DNA of 64,000 nt from positions 46,592 through 110,591 of the forward strand of contig CAZAUK010000003.1 of NCBI GenBank assembly GCA_964488475.1, given 5' to 3'. The notes under the pieces are model-generated. The model ran no database searches. It saw only the letters and a program-made list of their open reading frames with translations, and was not told the origin of the DNA. Positions 9,698-17,164 of the stretch are shown here, in pieces; position 1 is the first letter of the stretch, and each line of letters starts with the position of its first letter. This stretch comes from an uncultured bacterium. Lineage in GTDB: Bacteria > Krumholzibacteriota > Krumholzibacteriia > Krumholzibacteriales > WJIX01. The translations under genes and the position numbers were made by a program.

Positions 9698-10760
9698 AAA
9701 AGGCATTCGGGATATAGGACTTGTTATAAACCAAGTGGTATCACGGTGCAATTACGCCAACCGCTTCGGATATTATTCGGTTGCTCCCGGCGAGGACGAT
9801 ACCATAGAGATTCAGGTGTGCGGAAAGAATATATGGCTCGAGTTGATCAAGGAATTCGGTCCATCCGTTGGGAATAAACCGCGATCCGGGTCAAGGGTCG
9901 AATTCCGTTTTTCCGGAATCGATATCGGAATGGAATGGCTGCGGGGCCAAGAGGATGCTCTTTTTATGATCAATGACAGCTTGGCCGATGTAAGGAGTGA
10001 ACCATGCGGGAAGGCCGAACTGGTGACTCAGGCTATTCTCGGTGATGAGGCGAGAGTATTCACCGAGAACAGCGGGTGGTCCCTGGTCCGGTTAGACGAC
10101 GGATATACCGGCTGGGTGGAGTCGGGAAATCTGAGCGGAATATCAAGACGGGACGCAGAGGAATGGAAGATAGAGGTCAATGCCATGATAGCAGAGCAGA
10201 TATCGAAATTCTATAATCTACCTGATACGGAGAGCGGCCCTTCCGGGGAATTGTTGGCGGGAACTCTTGTGCGAGTCGTAAATGCCGGAGAACGCTTTTC
10301 GAAGATAGCGCTGCCCGGCGGGGAGCATTTTTTTGTACAGAATGAAGATTTGGAGGGGATTCCTTCCGGCAGGCCGGATTCGGCGGGACTGGTTGGAAGG
10401 GGAAGGTGTTTCATCGGAATCCCCTATCTTTGGGGTGGTACCACCCCCAGGGGATTCGACTGCTCGGGGCTGGTCAAAAGGCTCTACCAGATGGAGGGCA
10501 TACAGCTACCAAGAGACAGCGACCTGCAGGCTGAGGCGGGAGAGCAGATCAGTCTGGAAGAAGCCCTGGGCAGCGGCGGTACGCTTCTGTTCTTCAGCGA
10601 GGGGGGAGAGAGGATCGATCACGTTGCGGTATCCACCGGCGAGGAGGGTTTTATTCACTCCAGCGGCAGGGTCCGCCCGGGTAGTATGAGCTCGAAGGCG
10701 GAGAGTTACGACCGTAAGCTTGCTGATTCCTTCTGCAGGGCGGTGAAGATCCTGGAGTAG
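9687..10760 (+). CDS. NlpC/P60 cell-wall endopeptidase with N-terminal SH3b domains (YkfC-like gamma-D-Glu-diamino acid endopeptidase)
   Basis: The C-terminal segment GIPYLWGGTTPRGFDCSGLVKRLY...IDHVAVSTG...IHSS gives a Cys-His-His catalytic arrangement, and SH3_3-like repeats lie upstream. It follows a dpp-like importer. Confidence 0.75.
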   Translation: MSFEKGIRDIGLVINQVVSRCNYANRFGYYSVAPGEDDTIEIQVCGKNIWLELIKEFGPSVGNKPRSGSRVEFRFSGIDIGMEWLRGQEDALFMINDSLADVRSEPCGKAELVTQAILGDEARVFTENSGWSLVRLDDGYTGWVESGNLSGISRRDAEEWKIEVNAMIAEQISKFYNLPDTESGPSGELLAGTLVRVVNAGERFSKIALPGGEHFFVQNEDLEGIPSGRPDSAGLVGRGRCFIGIPYLWGGTTPRGFDCSGLVKRLYQMEGIQLPRDSDLQAEAGEQISLEEALGSGGTLLFFSEGGERIDHVAVSTGEEGFIHSSGRVRPGSMSSKAESYDRKLADSFCRAVKILE

Positions 10761-10783
10761 GTTTTGAAAAAGTTTGAAGAACG

Positions 10784-10797
10784 AAAGTTTTTTGGGG
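10784..10797. repeat. Direct repeat copy 1 (AAAGTTTTTTGGGG) flanking the promoter of the outer membrane protein gene
   Basis: An exact 14-mer repeated at 10910-10923. Both copies are followed by a similar ..A.GGA..GG context. Confidence 0.6.
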
Positions 10798-10830
10798 TAA
10801 GGACAGGCCGCCAAGGGGGATTCCGGCGTG

Positions 10831-10887
10831 AAAAAAAATGAAAAAAAATTAAAAAAACAGTTGACAGGAGTTTTTGTCTGGTATAGT
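10831..10887 (+). promoter_or_regulatory. Sigma70-like promoter with a phased A-tract upstream element
   Basis: A8 (10831-10838), A8 (10841-10848) and A7 (10851-10857) occur at an exact 10-bp period. They are followed by TTGACA (10861-10866) and TATAGT (10882-10887) with a 15-nt spacer. The alternative -10 TAGTTT gives a 17-nt spacer. The predicted leader to the ATG at 11188 is about 290 nt. Confidence 0.55.
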
Positions 10888-10909
10888 TTCTCGCCCAAAT
10901 ATGGAAAGT

Positions 10910-10923
10910 AAAGTTTTTTGGGG
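10910..10923. repeat. Direct repeat copy 2 (AAAGTTTTTTGGGG), just downstream of the predicted -10
   Basis: Identical to the 14-mer at 10784-10797. It lies 126 bp downstream of copy 1. Confidence 0.6.
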
Positions 10924-11187
10924 CATGGAAGGGGGTTGTTCAAGACTGAATCTGCTAAAGCGCAAGGCTTAGGGATGCAAGAAAGGGTCTGGCGGGCAAA
11001 GCCGCGGGTGCCCTGGAGCTCAGAATTATTTGAAAGGGGGGATGCATAGTCTGAAGGATCTTAGGCGCTGACGGGCGCTCAATCTTAATTCGCATTTATT
11101 GGTACAATCCGCCGAAAAGCGGCGGTGATATAGAAAGCAGTTGTTCCTGGAGTTTTCCTTCGAGGAAATAGCTTGCAGGAGGTAAAA

Positions 11188-12486
11188 ATGAGAAAGTTTT
11201 TCGCAGTTACTCTGGCCGCCATCCTGGTCGCCTCAATGGCGATGCCGGCGATGGCAACTAACAGCAGACTCAGAGCGATGGGCGACGTCGACAGGTACAT
11301 AGAGGATGACGCCAACATCTTCATGTGGCCCGCCACGCTTCCCTCTTACGCCAATCTGCTGATAATGGACATCAATTACCATGGACCGGCGATGTACGGC
11401 ATGACCTACGCGCTGGGCGAATACGGAGACTACGGCGCGCTGGGCCTCTTCTTCATGGAAGATACCGAGGGCCCCAATATTATCGACTGGGAAGGCGAAA
11501 GCCCCATGGGCTGGGCCAAGAACGATATCTTCTCCCAGAATCTCTACAACAAATGGAACCTGATGTACGCCTACGAGATGGAGAAGATGTCCCTGGGTAT
11601 TCGGTTCGTCCGCGCCAGCAACATGGAGCTGACCGACACCACAGATCCAGGAATGAAGGGGGATTTCTCCGAATCGTACACCACTATCGGAGCGTCCTGG
11701 AGGATGGAGTTCAACGAGGAAGTCTATTTCGACCTGGGCTTCGATTACACCATGGCCTCATATTCTGATGAGTACAACGCGTCTTACGACGGCGTACCGC
11801 TCGATTCAAAGGTAAGCGACGACAAGGGAAGCGTCATCAACGCGATGGCCCGAATCTTCTTCGACTACAGCGAAGACCTCACCATAGTGCCCTACATCGG
11901 AGTGGGAATGGCCGAGTTCAATCTCACCTCTAATGATGAGAATTTCTGGATGTACTGGGATGGAATGGGTTACAGCATGGCCAGCGCTCACGGACTCAAG
12001 TGGATGAACTTCGACCTCGGCCTGGCCTTTGACTGGAATGTCAACGAGGACAACATGATCGTCCTGGGCATCGAGCCATTCAGCTATGTCAAGGTAGAGC
12101 CCAGCGAGTACCACGAGGATTTCGACGGAGAGTATCTTGGAAGCATGACCACCATGCCCCGCTTCCTTCTCGCTCTGGAGACGGATGTCAGGGACTGGCT
12201 GACCTTCCGCACCGGCTGCACCAAGGCCCTGACCAAGATGAAGTTCGAGTACAGCGACGGTACCACCGAGTACAATTACGAAGAGGACGAGGCTCCCTTC
12301 GAGTGGTTCCTGGGCCTGGGCTTCCACGTGGGCGATTTCGACATCGACTGCGTGCTGCAGAGAGACGTACCCTTCAAGATGGGTTACTGGCTGACCGGTT
12401 ATCAGACAAACGATTATATGTATCGTGATAACGGTTACGGATACGGCGCTCCCATCGGAAGGATCTCGGCTCTGTATCATTTCTAG
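11188..12486 (+). CDS. Predicted beta-barrel outer membrane protein (porin-like, likely abundant)
   Basis: AGGAGG lies 7 nt upstream of the ATG. The signal peptide is MRKFFAVTLAAILVASMAMPAMA. The mature protein is acidic and rich in aromatic, Asn and Asp residues, with alternating beta-strand character and a C-terminal ...ALYHF (terminal Phe). A strong promoter and terminator flank the gene. Confidence 0.6.
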   Translation: MRKFFAVTLAAILVASMAMPAMATNSRLRAMGDVDRYIEDDANIFMWPATLPSYANLLIMDINYHGPAMYGMTYALGEYGDYGALGLFFMEDTEGPNIIDWEGESPMGWAKNDIFSQNLYNKWNLMYAYEMEKMSLGIRFVRASNMELTDTTDPGMKGDFSESYTTIGASWRMEFNEEVYFDLGFDYTMASYSDEYNASYDGVPLDSKVSDDKGSVINAMARIFFDYSEDLTIVPYIGVGMAEFNLTSNDENFWMYWDGMGYSMASAHGLKWMNFDLGLAFDWNVNEDNMIVLGIEPFSYVKVEPSEYHEDFDGEYLGSMTTMPRFLLALETDVRDWLTFRTGCTKALTKMKFEYSDGTTEYNYEEDEAPFEWFLGLGFHVGDFDIDCVLQRDVPFKMGYWLTGYQTNDYMYRDNGYGYGAPIGRISALYHF

Positions 12487-12514
12487 GATTCAGGCCGAAA
12501 GTGTTTTGAATCGA

Positions 12515-12545
12515 GGGCGGGGTCATACCCCGCCCTTTCTTTATT
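12515..12545 (+). terminator. Rho-independent terminator
   Basis: GGGCGGGG-tcata-CCCCGCCC stem-loop followed by TTTCTTTATT. Confidence 0.8.
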
Positions 12546-12713
12546 CCAGCCTGAGTGAAGATTCACCGCCCGCCCCACCGGCGATGGCCTGCAAATTGCA
12601 ATGGTAATCAACAGTTAATATGACGGACAGGCGGCGTCATAGCGCGCCTTTCGAAGTAAATCCGGTAAAGCCGGCGGTCGAGCGCCGAACCATTGTAACA
12701 AAAAGGTTTCACT

Positions 12714-13955
12714 TTGTACTTCTTCTACTATATTCCCGTGGGGCTTGACATAAGGCCTGAGGGAAGGTCGGCTATAACGAAATTCCTGGCCGCGGTCTGT
12801 GTCCTGGTCTTCGTTCTCTACAATCATTTTCCGGTTGAAAGGTTCTTCAGCCCGGTGAGACTGGTGTTTTTCCCCTTCGCCCCGTCTGTCGCAGCGTCCT
12901 TGACCCACGCCTTCGTGCATACTGGATGGACTCATCTTCTGGGAAATATGGTTTATCTGTTGGTCTTTGGAAGGGCGCTTGAGGGAAGACTGGGGCCGGG
13001 AAGGTTCTTCGCGCTTTTCGCCGTTTCGGCTATGGGGGGAGCGTATACTCATCTTCTTTTGACCAGGCTGTTTATGCCGTCCTTTCTTGGTACGGCGGTG
13101 GCGGGAGCGTCAGGAGCCACCTCCGGTCTTCTGGGAGCCTTTCTGGTTAGATTCCATTACGGGCGCGTACGGGTTGCCTATTGGCTTTTCATGCCTCTTC
13201 AGGGGATAAACAGAGCGGGAAGGTCTTCCGTTCCGGTAATCCTGGCTGTACTTTTCTGGTTACTCTACCAGGGGGTCTACGCGGCCGTTCAGTTCGGAAC
13301 TCACTCTCTGTCGGTGGCTTACGGAGTCCACGTGGGAGGGTTCTTATTCGGCGCCCTGGCGGCGCTTATTTTCGGGGGGCATAAGAGAGCTTCGGAGGAG
13401 AAAAAAATTGAAAAGGCCAGGAGATATTTTAGAAAGGCCGACTGGTTTTCTTCCCAGGCTGAGTATATAAATTACCTTAACGAGTGTCCAGGTGACTCTG
13501 AAGCTCACGCGGAGGCTGCGAGAGCCTGCCTCTGCACCGGAGACGCCGCCACCGCGGGCGATCATTTTGCCGAGTCGATAAGGATATACAGGAAGAGGGG
13601 ACAGCCGGAGAGGGCCGTGGAGACCTTTATTCAGGCGGTGAGGAACGTTCCGCTATTCAGTATGAAGGAAGCAGAATACCTTGATATGGCCTTCGGCGCG
13701 GAAAGATCACTGCGGTATGCCATGGCCGCTGAGGCATATGGGAACTTCCTTAGCCTGTATCCTCTTTCTGGTGAGAGGTCTCTGGTGATGATGAGACTGG
13801 CCGGAATATACTCTGGAAGGTTTCAGGAGCGGGAACGGGCGATGGCGCTTTATCGCAAAGTGCTGACCGATTTTCCCCAGTGCCCGTGGGCGGAATTCGC
13901 AAAAATGAGACTTGCGGCTCTGAAGAGTGAGAATTGTTCCTGCGCCTGGGCCTGA
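12714..13955 (+). CDS. Rhomboid-family intramembrane serine protease fused to a C-terminal TPR-repeat domain
   Basis: Rhomboid motifs are present: GWTHLLGNMVYLLVFG, the catalytic GASGATSG, and the His-containing helix HVGGFLFGALAA. The C-terminal roughly 170 aa form TPR-like helical repeats. The gene starts at a TTG. Confidence 0.7.
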   Translation: MYFFYYIPVGLDIRPEGRSAITKFLAAVCVLVFVLYNHFPVERFFSPVRLVFFPFAPSVAASLTHAFVHTGWTHLLGNMVYLLVFGRALEGRLGPGRFFALFAVSAMGGAYTHLLLTRLFMPSFLGTAVAGASGATSGLLGAFLVRFHYGRVRVAYWLFMPLQGINRAGRSSVPVILAVLFWLLYQGVYAAVQFGTHSLSVAYGVHVGGFLFGALAALIFGGHKRASEEKKIEKARRYFRKADWFSSQAEYINYLNECPGDSEAHAEAARACLCTGDAATAGDHFAESIRIYRKRGQPERAVETFIQAVRNVPLFSMKEAEYLDMAFGAERSLRYAMAAEAYGNFLSLYPLSGERSLVMMRLAGIYSGRFQERERAMALYRKVLTDFPQCPWAEFAKMRLAALKSENCSCAWA

Positions 13956-14077
13956 AATTAAAATAATCCCGGGTATTCACGGGGTCCGCCCCCTGTGAAA
14001 ATTACCGATTAAAATATCTTGAATTAACCCTTTTGTTCTGCTAATTTCAGAAGCGATGAGGGGCGTGGAGGTGTGAT

Positions 14078-14758
14078 GTGGAAGATTATACAGGGCTGTC
14101 TCTGAGAGCGCTCAGAACGAAGCTGCGCTTTAGGGGACTGGACAGGATGAGTGACATCGACTTGGTCGCTCTCGTTCTGGGAAATGGAGCAGGAAGCCCG
14201 GCGGTGTCTATAGCGGGAAGGCTTTTCGAGCGATTCGGAGGACTTGAGGGGATAGTAACAGCAGGCCCGGACGAACTGGCCGGGTTCGCTGGGATAGGCG
14301 CCGCGACGGCGGTTCGTCTTATCGCCTCTTTTGAGGTGGGCCGAAGAAGCGTGCTTTCGGTCAGGGAGAAGGAGATAATCAGGGTCGGTTCTCCGGAGGA
14401 CGTGGCGCAGTTGATGATACCCGAGATGAGATTTCTGGACAGGGAGCATTTCAGGGCCATCCTGCTCAACACCAAGAACGGAATTCTGAAGATAGTAAAC
14501 GTGGCGGTCGGTTCGCTGAACGCCGCGCTGGTTCATCCTAGAGAGATATTCAAGGAGGCGGTGGCTTCCAGCGCCGCGGGTATAATTGTCGTCCATAATC
14601 ATCCCACCGGTAATCCCGAACCAAGCAGCGAGGACCGGGACCTTACGATGCGGTTCGCCGAGTGCGGGGATTTGATAGGAATAGACCTGGTGGATCACAT
14701 AATAATAGGCGGAAACAGTTTCGTCAGCATGAGAGAAAGAGGCGTCTTATCTTTTTGA
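14078..14758 (+). CDS. radC: RadC-family JAMM/MPN-domain protein (UPF0758)
   Basis: HhH-like N-terminus, plus the JAMM motif HNHPSGNPEPSxED and the conserved C-terminal pattern. Confidence 0.85.
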   Translation: MEDYTGLSLRALRTKLRFRGLDRMSDIDLVALVLGNGAGSPAVSIAGRLFERFGGLEGIVTAGPDELAGFAGIGAATAVRLIASFEVGRRSVLSVREKEIIRVGSPEDVAQLMIPEMRFLDREHFRAILLNTKNGILKIVNVAVGSLNAALVHPREIFKEAVASSAAGIIVVHNHPTGNPEPSSEDRDLTMRFAECGDLIGIDLVDHIIIGGNSFVSMRERGVLSF

Positions 14759-14767
14759 AAGGACTTG

Positions 14768-15808
14768 ATGGTGTTTATCAATAATATAGGGAAATATCTT
14801 TCGAACGATATAGCGATAGATCTCGGAACGGCTAATACCCTATGTTTCCTCAAGGGCAGCGGCATAGTCCTGGACGAGCCCTCGGTAGTGGCGATGGACC
14901 AGAAGACCGGAAAGGTCCACGCGGTCGGAATCGAGGCTAAATCCATGCTGGGAAAGACCCCCGACCATATAGCCGCGGTAAGGCCCCTGAAGGACGGAGT
15001 GATAGCCGACTTTGAAGTCACCGAGATCATGCTTCGAGAGTTCATTCGAAAGTCTCTGAAGAAACGTTTTTTCATAAGGCCCAGAATAGTCATAAGCGTT
15101 CCTTCAGGAATCACGGAGGTGGAGAGAAGAGCGGTTATCGATTCCTGCAAGAACGCCGGAGCGAGGGCGGTCTACCTGGTGGCTGAGCCTATAGCGGCCG
15201 CCATAGGGGTGGGCCTTCCGGTGGACAAGCCGTCGGGAAACATGGTCATCGACATCGGGGGAGGCACCACCGAGATAGCGGTTATCGCCCTCAACGGCAT
15301 AGTGACCGATATATCGATCCGTATAGGCGGCGACAAGATGGACGAGATGATCGTCCAGCATATAAAAAAGGCCTACAATCTGCTGATAGGCGACCAGACC
15401 GCTGAAAATATAAAGAAAACCATAGGGGCCGCCGGCAAGACCAGTAAGGAGATGGAGATGGAGATCAAGGGGAGAGACCTTGTTTCAGGTATTCCCAAAA
15501 CGCTGAGGATCTCCAGCGTTGAGATATCCGATGCCCTCTCAGAGCCGCTGGGCAGGATAGTGGCGGCGCTCAAGACCGCCCTGGAACAGACTCCGCCCGA
15601 GTTGGCTGCGGATATAGTAGAGAGGGGTATTGTGATGATGGGAGGGGGAGCTCTGCTAAGGGACCTGGGAGCCCTGTTCAAGGAGGAGACCAATCTTCCC
15701 ATCAATGTGGTAGAGGATCCCCTGACCGCGGTGGTGCTGGGCTGCGGCAAGATACTGAGCGACATACAGAAATACGAAAAGATCATTATGAAGAGTACCC
15801 GGTTGTAA
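14768..15808 (+). CDS. mreB: Rod shape-determining protein MreB
   Basis: IAIDLGTANTLCF...DIGGGTTEIAV... actin-fold motifs, about 346 aa. Confidence 0.95.
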   Translation: MVFINNIGKYLSNDIAIDLGTANTLCFLKGSGIVLDEPSVVAMDQKTGKVHAVGIEAKSMLGKTPDHIAAVRPLKDGVIADFEVTEIMLREFIRKSLKKRFFIRPRIVISVPSGITEVERRAVIDSCKNAGARAVYLVAEPIAAAIGVGLPVDKPSGNMVIDIGGGTTEIAVIALNGIVTDISIRIGGDKMDEMIVQHIKKAYNLLIGDQTAENIKKTIGAAGKTSKEMEMEIKGRDLVSGIPKTLRISSVEISDALSEPLGRIVAALKTALEQTPPELAADIVERGIVMMGGGALLRDLGALFKEETNLPINVVEDPLTAVVLGCGKILSDIQKYEKIIMKSTRL

Positions 15809-15809
15809 G

Positions 15810-16655
15810 ATGGCGATATTCTCATTCCTTTTTGATAAGCACCGCGACAAGTCCGTTCTGGCCATAGCGATAATCCTTTCGATAGTCCTTCTTAACCTCA
15901 AGGAAGACAGCAGGCTGAGGACGGCCAGGGTGGTCAGCTCATTTCTGCTGGCTCCGGCAGAACAGCTGCAGAAGCGATTCGCAGACCTGGACAGCCTTCG
16001 AAGCGAGAACGAGCAGCTGAGAAAGCTCGTGGCGGTCCTCTATTATGAGCGGGGAAAGCTCCTTCAGTTCAGAAGGGATCGGGAAAGGATGAGGAAGCTG
16101 CTCGATTTCAGGGAGGATTCCCACTACCGTTTTCTTCCCTGTGAAGTCATCGCCATGTCTTCCAACCAGTTTCACCACGCCGTTACTATAGACAGGGGCA
16201 GTGTGGACGGCGTTCTCAGGGGAATGCCGGTCTCAGGCTACCGGGGCATAGTGGGCAGGGTGACCCAGGTTTTCCCTTCATCTTCCAGAGTTATTCTGAT
16301 AAGCAACCGGTCGGTGCCGGTCAGCTGCCGAAACCGCAGAAGCAGGGTGGTGGGGATTCTCAGGTGGGACAGGGGAAACCTCTTCACACTGGATTATGTG
16401 GGAAACGAGGAGGATGTGATGCCGGGAGACACCCTGGTGACCAGCGGCCTGGGCAAGGTCTTCCCCAAAGGGTTTCCAGTTGGGGTGGTCTTTCAGGTGA
16501 CTCAGGAAGAGGGAAGGATTTCGAGAAACGTCAGGGCGGTAAGCATGGCCGATCTAGGGACGCTGGAGGAGCTCTTTGTCATAGTCAGCGGCGAAAGATG
16601 GAATTACCGTGAAGTGGCGGATGAGATAGAAGAGATCAGAAGCGAGGCGGAATGA
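15810..16655 (+). CDS. mreC: Rod shape-determining protein MreC
   Basis: N-terminal transmembrane helix, a coiled coil (LRSENEQLRKL) and a C-terminal beta-domain. Position between mreB and mreD. Confidence 0.85.
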   Translation: MAIFSFLFDKHRDKSVLAIAIILSIVLLNLKEDSRLRTARVVSSFLLAPAEQLQKRFADLDSLRSENEQLRKLVAVLYYERGKLLQFRRDRERMRKLLDFREDSHYRFLPCEVIAMSSNQFHHAVTIDRGSVDGVLRGMPVSGYRGIVGRVTQVFPSSSRVILISNRSVPVSCRNRRSRVVGILRWDRGNLFTLDYVGNEEDVMPGDTLVTSGLGKVFPKGFPVGVVFQVTQEEGRISRNVRAVSMADLGTLEELFVIVSGERWNYREVADEIEEIRSEAE

Positions 16656-17164
16656 GAGAGCTCGGAATATACATAATGAGGCTTTTCTTTGTCTCCATTG
16701 TCGTTCTGGTGATCCAGCTGACTCTGGTAGGCCATATATGGCCCGGCAAGTCGTTACCGGACCTGATGTTAGTGGTAGTACTCATACTGGTCATCGACAG
16801 GGATCCGGTCTCTGCTGTTATGATAGGATTTCTTCTGGGATTCCTTCAGGACCTGGGCAACGCCCGGCTTCTTGGAATGAACGCCCTGGCCAATTCTGTG
16901 ACCGCGTACGGGGTTTCGAGGATAGGAAGGGATTATCTTCCGGACAATATAATATTCAAACTGGTCCTTTTTATAGCGGCCTGCCTGGTCAAGGAGCTCA
17001 TAGCGCTCAATATAGCTGAGTCATTCTCTCCTGGCGGGGTCATATCCCTCTTTTTCCGTTACTCTCTACTTTCGGCCCTGTATACCTCGTTAATAGCCGT
17101 CCTGGTGTGGAAAGTGATGGAGGCTGTCAGCGAAAGGGTGGTGTATCCTTATGGGAGACGCTAA
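16652..17164 (+). CDS. mreD: Rod shape-determining protein MreD
   Basis: A 170 aa polytopic membrane protein encoded downstream of mreC. Confidence 0.75.
   Translation: MRELGIYIMRLFFVSIVVLVIQLTLVGHIWPGKSLPDLMLVVVLILVIDRDPVSAVMIGFLLGFLQDLGNARLLGMNALANSVTAYGVSRIGRDYLPDNIIFKLVLFIAACLVKELIALNIAESFSPGGVISLFFRYSLLSALYTSLIAVLVWKVMEAVSERVVYPYGRR

Noticed and set aside
10811-10830. GCCGCC...GGCG hairpin followed by an A-run (terminator-like)
   Set aside because: The run after the stem is A-rich, not T-rich, on the + strand. There is no minus-strand gene to terminate. It is better explained as part of the A-tract upstream element.
11806-12480. 224 aa ORF antisense to the outer membrane protein gene
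   Set aside because: The + strand gene has an SD, a signal peptide, a promoter and a terminator. The antisense frame is a typical GC-skew shadow ORF.
12615-13052. 145 aa ORF on the minus strand overlapping the rhomboid-TPR gene start
   Set aside because: It overlaps the rhomboid transmembrane core, which is encoded on the + strand, and has a basic low-complexity composition.
14024-14698. 224 aa ORF antisense to radC
   Set aside because: The RadC JAMM motif is present on the + strand. The antisense ORF lacks motifs.
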